A stretch of 64,000 nt of DNA, from the NCBI GenBank assembly GCA_947259165.1, contig CAMYKY010000003.1, positions 27,262 through 91,261 of the forward strand. Direction: 5' to 3'. The notes under the pieces were generated by a model that had not been told where the DNA came from, searched no databases, and saw only the letters and a program-made list of their open reading frames with translations. Each line of letters begins with the position of its first letter. The stretch's first letter is position 1. Shown piece by piece: positions 29,765 through 37,336 of the stretch. This stretch comes from an uncultured Acidobacteriota bacterium. Lineage in GTDB: Bacteria; Acidobacteriota; Vicinamibacteria; Marinacidobacterales; SMYC01. The position numbers and the translations under genes were made by a program.

Positions 29765-30193
29765 TCACTCAACGGGCGAACGCCAATCTTCGATCGTCAA
29801 GCCCTCGAAGCTTTCATAGTGCCGAACGTTTGCCGTTACCAAAACCAAGGCGTTGACCCGCGCGATCGCTGCGATCTGCCCGTCCACAAATGACGGAGTC
29901 TTGCCCTCGCCAGTGAGCCGGGCTCGTTCCGACGCATGCCACGCTGCCGCAGCATCGTCGTAGCCGAGAACGGGTACGTGAGGGGCGACCACATCCTGTA
30001 GATATTTTTCCAATGCGGTGCGGCGGTGCGAAGCCGGAAGTCGATAGCAGCCGAACAAGAGCTCGTGCCACACGACGGACGCGGTGGCAACGGAACCCTC
30101 GGTTTCAATGAGCCGTTGTCGAACCCCAGGGTCGGGGTTCGCTTTTGCTGGCTCCGAGAGTACGTTTGTGTCGAGAAGGTACCCGAGGCTCAA
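29765..30193 (-). CDS. vapC: PIN-domain toxin VapC
   Basis: 142 aa. N-terminal LLDTNVLSE with the conserved acidic residues of PIN nucleases. 4-nt overlap with the upstream antitoxin. Confidence 0.88.
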   Translation of the reverse strand: MSLGYLLDTNVLSEPAKANPDPGVRQRLIETEGSVATASVVWHELLFGCYRLPASHRRTALEKYLQDVVAPHVPVLGYDDAAAAWHASERARLTGEGKTPSFVDGQIAAIARVNALVLVTANVRHYESFEGLTIEDWRSPVE

Positions 30194-30471
30194 AGCTGAA
30201 CAACCCGACCCGCCGATCGATCCCGAACGTCCTCGTAAACCGACTCGATATCCAACTCGTCGAGATCAACCGCGGTTCGAAACTCCTCGAGCGCCTGGCT
30301 CAACGGGATGGAGCTCTTCGCGTGGGTACGATACCGTTCGGTCGATATCAGCACCGCGACCGGCTCACCCCGTCTCGTCAAGGTCACCGTCAGGCCCCGC
30401 TCGGCATCGCGCACGAGTGACGGCAGGTGCTCCCGCGCGTCAGATATCGAGACCTCTTTTTCGTGCTTCAT
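30190..30471 (-). CDS. Phd/YefM-family antitoxin
   Basis: 93 aa. VSISDAREHLPSLVRDAERG..VTLTRRGEPVAVLIS is the Phd/YefM N-terminal fold. Positioned as the cognate antitoxin of vapC. Confidence 0.85.
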   Translation of the reverse strand: MKHEKEVSISDAREHLPSLVRDAERGLTVTLTRRGEPVAVLISTERYRTHAKSSIPLSQALEEFRTAVDLDELDIESVYEDVRDRSAGRVVQL

Positions 30472-30493
30472 ATGTACATTTTAAATGTACATA
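30471..30493 (-). promoter_or_regulatory. Candidate VapB-type operator
   Basis: TATGTACATTT-T-AAATGTACATA is an 11-bp perfect inverted repeat. It contains two copies of the palindrome ATGTACAT and abuts the antitoxin start codon in an AT-rich patch. Confidence 0.55.
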
Positions 30494-30746
30494 TTGCTTC
30501 CTGTCAACGGCGTGCCTGGCGAGAGCGCAGCCATCCCTAATGATCCACCGGAACCAGGGTTTCAGCTCGTCGAGCCAGTTTTGGACGAGGATCAACTGCC
30601 TGGCTTTGGTCTCCTGGTCCGCAGCATCTTCTTTGATCATTGCTGCCGTCCGGTCCCCACAGCGGCTTGGAGCCGCCGCCTCTCGAACCCTGCACGAGCC
30701 CTCCCACTTTCGCGAACGGCTCACGCACACAAAAACCCTGACACTC

Positions 30747-31475
30747 TCAGTTCACGCCGCGCCACGACAGCTTACTGCCGAACCAATACCGGAACACGAT
30801 CGCGTGCTGGGGCGCCCACCCACCATCGCGTGATTGCGTGTATTGGAACTGATAGGCGAGGCGTACCTGTTGGGCATTCGGGAGATTCCAAAGAAACCCG
30901 ATGCGGGTCCGGGTGCGAAAAAAGCCTCGAGCGTGGTCGAAGAAAAGATCCGTCTGACCCCACGGTTCGTTTTTGACGCCGTCCCCACGCAGCTCTAGGC
31001 GGGTCCGGTAGACGTTGAAGTCCGGGATCGAGTCGCCGCGGAAATGGCGTTCGTAGAACAGACCGCCCCGGAAGCGGACCTTTTTATCCGCGAAGCGGAA
31101 GAATAGCTTGCGGAGCAGAAACTGAACCCGCTCATCGATGACCACGTCTCCGAAGTCGTCTTCACGTCCGATCAAAAAGAACCGGCTGCGTAGGTTCCAG
31201 TCCTCGTTGAACAGGACGGTCGCTTCCGTCGTCACCCGCGTCATGGTGCCCGAGTTGAGCTCTTGCTCGTCGGTTCTTATCCACGGCGTGACCGTCCACC
31301 CCACCTTTTCCCAGTCTCGAATCGTATAGATGAACTCGGCCCAGAGAGCGACCTCATCCCAGAAACGTGTGTCGTCCTGAGCCTGCCCTGCGCGGGGAAT
31401 GCAAAGAGCCATCAGCAATGCGCCTACGATGATTCCACGCTTCGGTGCTACCCTGCGATCCATCAACCAATCCAC
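30747..31475 (-). CDS. DUF2490-like outer-membrane beta-barrel protein
   Basis: Signal peptide (ALLMALCIPRAGQAQ). Alternating beta-strand pattern, YRTRLELRG and a C-terminal aromatic-rich strand. Confidence 0.55.
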   Translation of the reverse strand: MDWLMDRRVAPKRGIIVGALLMALCIPRAGQAQDDTRFWDEVALWAEFIYTIRDWEKVGWTVTPWIRTDEQELNSGTMTRVTTEATVLFNEDWNLRSRFFLIGREDDFGDVVIDERVQFLLRKLFFRFADKKVRFRGGLFYERHFRGDSIPDFNVYRTRLELRGDGVKNEPWGQTDLFFDHARGFFRTRTRIGFLWNLPNAQQVRLAYQFQYTQSRDGGWAPQHAIVFRYWFGSKLSWRGVN

Positions 31476-31493
31476 TCCACAGCAACTTATACT

Positions 31494-31691
31494 TCAATCT
31501 AATAGCCAAGTTTCGGCAAGTTCTTCGCCCAAACCTTGACGACAACGACCAGCCAACCCAAGCCGACCGACCGCCCACTGGAACCCGGCGGTGATGGTCC
31601 CGACGGCCACCAGCAGTAGATAGACGTAGCCGATGACCCCCAGCCAGACGAGTCCCGTGGGTTTTTGGTCTTCTGTTCCGTCGACTTTCAT
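31494..31691 (-). CDS. Small membrane protein (hypothetical, may itself be a stump)
   Basis: 65-aa ORF with one strong TM helix (LVWLGVIGYVYLLLVAVGTITAGF), located between the DUF3604 remnant and the barrel gene. Confidence 0.35.
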   Translation of the reverse strand: MKVDGTEDQKPTGLVWLGVIGYVYLLLVAVGTITAGFQWAVGRLGLAGRCRQGLGEELAETWLLD

Positions 31692-31760
31692 CGTGGATCT
31701 CCTAGGCGGGGCCGGGGCTGTCGGACAAGGTCGAGCCTCGCACCGACAGCCCGGTGGTCC

Positions 31761-33024
31761 TTAGTTGAGCGGCGAGTACCAGATCGGCGAGGCATACGCC
31801 CGATCCTGGGTCGTCGCCGGGGATGACCTCGTAGTTGTGTCGACCAACCTTGGGCTCGGTCTTCGCATACTTACCGAAGTAGTTTTCCTCGCGTGAGGTG
31901 GCGAGCCCAGTATGTGTGTCTGTCGCTCCGCTCAGTCCGAATTGGTAAGGGTTGACGCCGACCTCCTCACCCAACTTGAGGCCGATCTTGAGAGCGGAGC
32001 GCGCGTACTCGCATTGGAGCATCCAGTCTTCTTTGGCCGCCGAGCCGGTGAGGTTCGCCACATCCCAATTCTCGTAGTCGGCGAACTCGTCTTCGGTCGA
32101 CAGCAGCGGGTGCGTTTCGCCGTCGCCTTTCATCTGCGTTACTTCGATGATGGGCTCCCAGCGTATCCGCGATTCCGCGTAGGCACGCGTGATCGGATTG
32201 CCGCGGATGTCCGTTTCCGCGAACATCGTGCCGTTGCTCACGTTGCCGTTGTGGGGGATGGCGAGAGCGTTGCCGCCCGTCTAGTCTTCGTAGGCGGCGA
32301 GGTACTTCCACAGGTCCTCGGGATCTTCGCTGTCGAACGTCGTGTAAGGAAGGACCTGGCTCGTCTTGTCGGCACCGTCTCGGAAGACGACGACTCGATG
32401 GAGGTTGTTGCCGCCGGGAAGGGAGGACCACTCGAAGCCGGTCATAGCGGAGAACCGACCCGGGTCGTCGTAGCCGTCGGCGGTCTGGAGGAACGCTTCC
32501 CAAATGCTGCGCGTCGCCTCGGGAGAGTCGAATCGAGCAGTGAGGGTCGCAGCGTCGTTCAGAATGGACCCGAAGGCCTCCTGCGCACCTTCCGGACCGG
32601 CGTTGAACTTCTCGTACAGCCAGCGTCCATACTCACTCGCGAGCAGGAGCGGATCCGCATCGCGGATCATCGGCGCAAGACCAATGTACTCGGCGTGGTC
32701 GGTGACCACGAGGAAATCGAGCGGCCGGACGAGCTGCACGCGCCGACCGGAATTCGAGACGATGGTCTCACCCCGTGCAAACCCGTACGCGTCATCCACG
32801 TCCAGCGTCGTGCCGATCAAACCCGCATCGGGTGAGTACTTCGTATGAAGATGCGTGTCGCCGAACAGAACACGGTCAGGATAGGATTTGTCAGCATAGG
32901 GAGAGTAGGGCTTCGCATCCGCGAAATCCTCGTCGGTGACGACGATCTCTGACTGTGCGAGCAGGCGCCCCGCATGGGTCGTGAAACCGAGAACTACCAA
33001 CATGGTCATGAGTGCTTTAGTCAC
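31761..33024 (-). pseudogene. DUF3604 (PHP-like metallo-phosphoesterase) gene disrupted by an in-frame TAG and an internal deletion/frameshift
   Basis: Signal peptide plus FGDTHLHT...VVTDHAEY N-terminal half (32281..33024). In-frame TAG at 32281-32283 sits directly before the conserved TGGNALAIPHNGNVSNG. The family C-terminal motif (RAYASPIWYSPLN-stop at 31761) is present only in a different frame, and about 150-200 codons are missing. Confidence 0.72.
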
Positions 33025-33060
33025 GTGTTATCCCTCCTTCTGATTAATGTTGCTCTTCTG

Positions 33061-33327
33061 TTAAGTTTCGTCACGCGATGTCCTGCCGAGACGCATCGAG
33101 AGGTAAGGCGAGGCTCCAACGAGGCGCACGCCGTCGGCGGCCATGGAGCGAAGCAACACCAGCCCCCGATCGTCCACCGTGATGACACCCTCCAACTCCA
33201 GCGTCAGCGGCGGTTGGGCGTTCCGGCAGCAAGTCTCTAGCTCGGAAACTTCCGGACCCGACAACGCTCCGGCGACCCGAAGCATCATTCCAGAGTCGAG
33301 CGGTTCCTGAACGATTCGCAACGTCAT
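33061..33327 (-). CDS. Small STAS-like (anti-sigma-antagonist fold) protein, copy 2
   Basis: 88 aa from ATG 33327 (MTLRIVQEPLDSGMMLRVAGALSGPEV...LELEGVITVDDRGLVLL). Paralog of 34756..35022. Confidence 0.62.
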   Translation of the reverse strand: MTLRIVQEPLDSGMMLRVAGALSGPEVSELETCCRNAQPPLTLELEGVITVDDRGLVLLRSMAADGVRLVGASPYLSMRLGRTSRDET

Positions 33328-33339
33328 GCAGGCGCGTCT

Positions 33340-33355
33340 TGCAGAGACTGTGCCA
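33340..33355 (-). promoter_or_regulatory. Sigma54 -24/-12 promoter (copy C)
   Basis: Minus strand TGGCACAGTCTCTGCA with GG-N10-GC spacing exact and -24 a perfect TGGCAC. The ATG at 33327 is 13 nt after the GC. Confidence 0.65.
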
Positions 33356-33407
33356 CCGCGGTCGTCGGCGTAGACACGGCCTACGCCGCGCACTCCCTGC
33401 TTCGCCA

Positions 33408-33459
33408 GCGATATGTCGCCGCGCAGCGAGACGATATTTCGCGCATGCGCGAAATATCG
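33408..33459 (-). promoter_or_regulatory. Enhancer-like site (copy C) including a perfect 28-bp palindrome
   Basis: CGATATTTCGCGCATGCGCGAAATATCG (33432-33459) is perfectly self-complementary. GCGATATGTCGCC (33408-33420) is a further half-site. The centre lies about 90 nt upstream of the -24 element. Confidence 0.5.
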
Positions 33460-33919
33460 CCGCCAGGTGGATCTCGAATGGACGTTCATTGTGGTCGCTC
33501 TTCGTCGGACTCCTGGATCTCTTCCAGAAGAATCCGAGGCGTGAAATCGTGGAGGTCCTTTGCCGAGGTGAACCGTTCTCTTTTCCCCGACTCTAAGTGC
33601 TCGATCCGCCCGCGGAAGAGCCACGATCGGTATTCGCATCGCTGCTGAGTTGAACGAGAAACGCGCGGGGCGACGGCAGCGAGGTAACCATGTGGGCATA
33701 ATCGCCGGGCGGTCGCCGCGAGTCATGAAGGAGTTGTGAGATTTAGTTGAAAGTCACCATTTCGAATGCAATCGCCAGCGACCTGGGCGACGAACGACTG
33801 AGGCGTGACGAGCGGCACGTCGACGTGCGTCCGCAGGTCTGGCAACTCTTGCGTTTTTCCCTCCGAGCGCCCGGGTCAGCTTCTGAGCTAGGTTTCGATG
33901 ATGGTTTTCCGAGTCGCTG

Positions 33920-34675
33920 TCAGCGACCTATGGGGACGGTGGAGAAAAAACCGATTTGGAGAGCGTGGTTGTACTCGATGACGCTTCCGCTGCCTTGTTG
34001 AACGAGCTGCAGGAGATAGCCGAGCTCGAGCCTGCCAGCGCGCCCCATGTTGATACCGAACGCCGCATAAGATCGATTCTGGTCGAAGAAGTTGTTTTGG
34101 ACGTTCTTCCCAAAGTTGATCATTAGCTCGTTGTAAAGCTGCGCCGAGTACCGTGTGTCCGTGCCGATAGGGATCGAAGCCTTGAGGAAATAGCGAAACC
34201 GATTCCGGTAAGTGTGGCCGTCCAAAGTGCCTTCACCGACGTCGTTCGGGACTTTGTTGCCGACAAAGCGTTGTTCGAGCCGGTAACGGTGGACGAGCCC
34301 CGTTCGCCCGAGACGTTGCCAGAGGATGAGCTGCTCCCACAGCCGGTTCTCGGGAACGTTGAATCCCGGTGCCGACCCCTCTCCCGCAGACGTATCGATG
34401 TACGCATACCCGCCCGAGAATTGAACCGTATCGTTGAGGTCGAAATTGATCCCGGGCCTCAACAGTGTTTGGCTCCGCGAGTCGCCCAATCCGTGGACGC
34501 GAAACTGCCCATCGAAGTGAACGCCCCAACCTCCGTCTCCGATCGGATGGTCGCCAAAGTACATGTACCAGCTACGGTAGTCTGTCACCGAGGTACGGCC
34601 TTCGGACTGCGCGGCGGCGACACCGTCGCCGAGGGACGTCACGGCAAAAGCGGCGACCAATAGATAGCGTAGCAT
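33920..34675 (-). CDS. DUF2490 outer-membrane beta-barrel protein
   Basis: ATG 34675 gives the signal peptide MLRYLLVAAFAVTSLGDGVAAAQ. Family-typical HRYRLEQRF, YRNRFRY and a C-terminal aromatic strand. Confidence 0.72.
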   Translation of the reverse strand: MLRYLLVAAFAVTSLGDGVAAAQSEGRTSVTDYRSWYMYFGDHPIGDGGWGVHFDGQFRVHGLGDSRSQTLLRPGINFDLNDTVQFSGGYAYIDTSAGEGSAPGFNVPENRLWEQLILWQRLGRTGLVHRYRLEQRFVGNKVPNDVGEGTLDGHTYRNRFRYFLKASIPIGTDTRYSAQLYNELMINFGKNVQNNFFDQNRSYAAFGINMGRAGRLELGYLLQLVQQGSGSVIEYNHALQIGFFSTVPIGR

Positions 34676-34755
34676 TCGGCCGCGCAGCAAACCGCACAGC
34701 CAATTTCGGTTCACGCCTCGTGGCCGCTGGACATCTGTCAATGTTCGTATTCCGT

Positions 34756-35022
34756 TCAGTGTGCGTCGCCGAATGGCCTGCCGAGACGCATAGAGAGATA
34801 GGGCGAGGTACCAACGAGCGTCGCGCCGGCGGCAGCCACCGAAAGAAGCAACACCAAGCCCGGCTCGTCGGCCGAGACGACGCCCTCGAGCTCTAGCGTC
34901 ACCGGCAGCTTGGCTTTCCGGCAGCAAGCGTCGAGCTCGGCAACTTCCGCACCCGACAGAGCTCCGGCGACCCGAAGCATCGTTCCCGGGTCGAGCGATT
35001 CCACAACGATCCTCAGCGTCAT
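34756..35022 (-). CDS. Small STAS-like protein, copy 1
   Basis: 88 aa from ATG 35022 (MTLRIVVESLDPGTMLRVAGALSGAEV...). The longer ORF start at 35040 is the TTG of the -12 element. Confidence 0.62.
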   Translation of the reverse strand: MTLRIVVESLDPGTMLRVAGALSGAEVAELDACCRKAKLPVTLELEGVVSADEPGLVLLLSVAAAGATLVGTSPYLSMRLGRPFGDAH

Positions 35023-35035
35023 GCAGCTCACGTAT

Positions 35036-35051
35036 TGCAAACAGCGATCCA
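35036..35051 (-). promoter_or_regulatory. Sigma54 -24/-12 promoter (copy A)
   Basis: Minus strand TGGATCGCTGTTTGCA with exact GG-N10-GC spacing and a perfect TTGCA. The ATG at 35022 is 14 nt after the GC. Confidence 0.62.
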
Positions 35052-35133
35052 GCGTGAAAACCGGACCGCTACACGCGTAAGTCCGTTGTTCAGGGCTTCA
35101 GCGGAGACCTTCGGAAGGCGTGCGTCGGCAGAT

Positions 35134-35191
35134 GCGGCGAAATCTCACCGGGCTCCCTTGAGATGTCGTTCTTTGCGCGACATTTCACGCG
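35134..35191 (-). promoter_or_regulatory. Enhancer-like site pair (copy A)
   Basis: Minus strand CGCGTGAAATGTCGCGC (35191-35175), N31, then GAGATTTCGCCGC (35146-35134). Positionally equivalent to copy B. Confidence 0.45.
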
Positions 35192-35214
35192 ACGGTCGTC
35201 GGGCGTCCGAGAAA

Positions 35215-35595
35215 CTAGCTCGAGCTCGTTCTTGGAACGAGAAGGTTGGCGACTTGGCGGTACGGCACCGATAGTTTCAGTCGGATGAGCTCCGAAAGTG
35301 AAACACCCTCCGCGGCAGCTTCGCGCTTCAAAGCAGCGTGAAGGCTCCTTGGCACCGCGACCGTGAGCCGGCCGGATGCCGATTTGATGTCTTGCTCGAA
35401 CCCGGACACGTCGCGTAGCCGCAGCTCTTCGTAGCGCTCCGTGAGCCAGCGATACACGTCGGAGTCGACTATTTTTTCTCGGTCCTCACGCGTTTCCCCG
35501 AGGACGCTGAGCTCGCCCTTGGGGCCGAAGAATCGCGACGAGAATGTGGTGGCATCGGTGCCGCGCTGAAGCATCTGCGACAGGAAGGACGACAT
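35215..35595 (-). CDS. HicB-like / ribbon-helix-helix antitoxin-type protein (no adjacent toxin)
   Basis: ATG 35595 with GGAGG upstream. C-terminal RHH block GRLTVAVPRSLHAALKREAAAEGVSLSELIRLKL. The longer ORF to 35898 would run antisense through hipB. Confidence 0.62.
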   Translation of the reverse strand: MSSFLSQMLQRGTDATTFSSRFFGPKGELSVLGETREDREKIVDSDVYRWLTERYEELRLRDVSGFEQDIKSASGRLTVAVPRSLHAALKREAAAEGVSLSELIRLKLSVPYRQVANLLVPRTSSS

Positions 35596-35679
35596 TTCAG
35601 GCGACAAGCCTCCACTCAGAAATGCAAGAAAAGTGGAAAAGGATTGCGATAGCTTGGCATTTAGCGGTCGATATGATAC

Positions 35680-35721
35680 GCTCTTAAGAGCATAATAAGT
35701 ATTATACGGAGCTCTTAAGAG
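35680..35721 (+). promoter_or_regulatory. Candidate HipB operators / divergent promoter region
   Basis: GCTCTTAAGAGC (35680-35691) and GCTCTTAAGAG (35711-35721) contain the same perfect palindrome CTCTTAAGAG, with centres 31 bp apart. ATAATA-AG-TATTAT lies between them. The second site ends 4 nt before the hipB ATG. Confidence 0.55.
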
Positions 35722-35725
35722 ATAC

Positions 35726-36067
35726 ATGACCGCCAAAAACACACTGACCACAGCGCCACCGTATCCGGTTGAGCAAGCGCTCGAGCGCCTTGGGGCAAAT
35801 CTACGGACTGCCAGATTGCGTCGCAACCTAACCATCCAGAGCGTCGCCGAGAAGATCGGAACGGGCCCGCGCCCAGTCTCGGATGCCGAGAAAGGCAAAC
35901 CGTCAACGAGCGCCGCGGTCTATGTCGCGCTCCTTTGGGCCTATGATCTGCTGGATCAGTTGAGCGAAGTCGCCGGACCCGAGTCCGATGAAGAAGGGAT
36001 GGCGCTGTCCCTGTTACGGGAGCGCTCCCGCGCCCGAAACAGGAGTGAGCTGGACAGTGACTTCTAG
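35726..36067 (+). CDS. hipB: XRE-family HTH antitoxin HipB
   Basis: 113 aa. HTH block LRTARLRRNLTIQSVAEKIGTGPRPVSDAEKG. Immediately upstream of, and overlapping, hipA. Confidence 0.85.
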   Translation: MTAKNTLTTAPPYPVEQALERLGANLRTARLRRNLTIQSVAEKIGTGPRPVSDAEKGKPSTSAAVYVALLWAYDLLDQLSEVAGPESDEEGMALSLLRERSRARNRSELDSDF

Positions 36068-37334
36068 AGCCAGCGCACGCGAGTGCTACGTCTACCTGAC
36101 GCTGCCGGGTGAAACCGAGTTCGTTACCGCCGGGCGATTCGTGCTCGAGTCCGGCCGTCATGGTATTCCCACAGGAAGGTTCGTTTATGGTCGCAGCTAT
36201 CTCGAACGGGAAAACGCTGTGCCGATCGACCCGCATCAGCTCAAGTTGAGCAACCGAACCTACGCGACCACCATCCTCAACGGCGTCTTCGGCGCGTTGC
36301 GCGATGCCAGTCCTGATCACTGGGGTCGGCGCGTCATCGAGAAGTACGCCGGGAAAACGCAGCTTGGCGAGATCGACTATTTGCTCGAATCACCCGACGA
36401 CCGCGCCGGCGCTCTCGGATTCGGCTTGAACCGCAATCCCCCGGCCCCGCGCCGCAAGTTCAACCGGACGATGGCTCTAGAACGGCTGCAGCAACTCGCC
36501 GACGCGATTATCGCCGACGAGGATCTACCAGCGAACTCTGATGCTCAACAGACCGAAGATCTGTTGCTCCATGGCACTTCGATGGGCGGCGCCCGCCCCA
36601 ATACCGTAATCGAAGATCATGCCGGCCTGTGGCTAGCAAAATTCAACCGGCCTGATGACAAGTGGAACCATGCACGTGTCGAGCAGGCGATGTTGGTACT
36701 TGCCCGTGAGTGCGGTCTGCAGACTTCCGAAAGTAAGGTCACGACCATCGGCGGTCGCGACGTCTTGCTCGTCAAACGCTTCGACCGCCAAAAGACGACT
36801 GAGGGTTACCGGCGGGCTCGAATGCTCAGCGCCTTGACGTTACTGCGCGCGGAAGATACTCATCGAGATCGCGATAGGTGGTCGTACGTTTCGCTCGTTG
36901 AAGAACTACGACGACTCTCGGCTCAGCCTCGTAAAGACGCGCCCGAGCTCTTCCGACGCATGTGTTTCAACGCTCTGATTTCGAACAGCGACGACCATCC
37001 GCGAAACCATGCGGCGATCGCAAAGGACGTGGAATGGAAGCTCTCGCCCGCGTACGACCTCGTACCGTCCGTGCCGGTCAGTATCGAGCGCCGCGATCTG
37101 GCTCTCACATGCGGCGACATGGGGCGCTACGCCCACGCCGATAACCTACTCTCGCAAAGCGCACGCTTTCTGCTTGAAGTCGAGGGCGCGAAACAGACCA
37201 TCGCTGCGATGGAGCAAACCATTCGAGCCAAATGGTACGACGTCGCTCGCGGGGAAGGCGTCAACGAAAAAGACTGCGAGAAGATCGCTGGCGCCTTTAA
37301 CTATCCCGGATTCCGGCTCGCAAGCACTGAATAA
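36057..37334 (+). CDS. hipA: HipA-family serine/threonine kinase toxin
   Basis: GTG 36057 (AGGAG 11 nt upstream) overlaps the hipB end. HipA N-terminal coupling domain (CYVYLTLPGE..GRFVYGRSYL), catalytic NSDDHPRNHA and SPAYDLVP. Confidence 0.88.
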   Translation: MTSRASARECYVYLTLPGETEFVTAGRFVLESGRHGIPTGRFVYGRSYLERENAVPIDPHQLKLSNRTYATTILNGVFGALRDASPDHWGRRVIEKYAGKTQLGEIDYLLESPDDRAGALGFGLNRNPPAPRRKFNRTMALERLQQLADAIIADEDLPANSDAQQTEDLLLHGTSMGGARPNTVIEDHAGLWLAKFNRPDDKWNHARVEQAMLVLARECGLQTSESKVTTIGGRDVLLVKRFDRQKTTEGYRRARMLSALTLLRAEDTHRDRDRWSYVSLVEELRRLSAQPRKDAPELFRRMCFNALISNSDDHPRNHAAIAKDVEWKLSPAYDLVPSVPVSIERRDLALTCGDMGRYAHADNLLSQSARFLLEVEGAKQTIAAMEQTIRAKWYDVARGEGVNEKDCEKIAGAFNYPGFRLASTE

Positions 37335-37336
37335 CG

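Noticed and set aside
32281-32283. In-frame TAG in DUF3604 as programmed read-through or pyrrolysine
   Set aside because: The same gene has a second frame disruption and a missing central segment. There are no Pyl genes or recoding signals in view. A pseudogene is the simpler explanation.
33481-33720. About 80-codon open frame on the minus strand ending ...WLFRGRIEHLESGKRERFTSAKDLHDFTPRILLEEIQESDEERPQ (ParD-like flavour)
   Set aside because: It has no ATG, GTG or TTG start in frame, and the resemblance to antitoxin C-termini is weak. It could be another stump, but the evidence is insufficient to annotate it.
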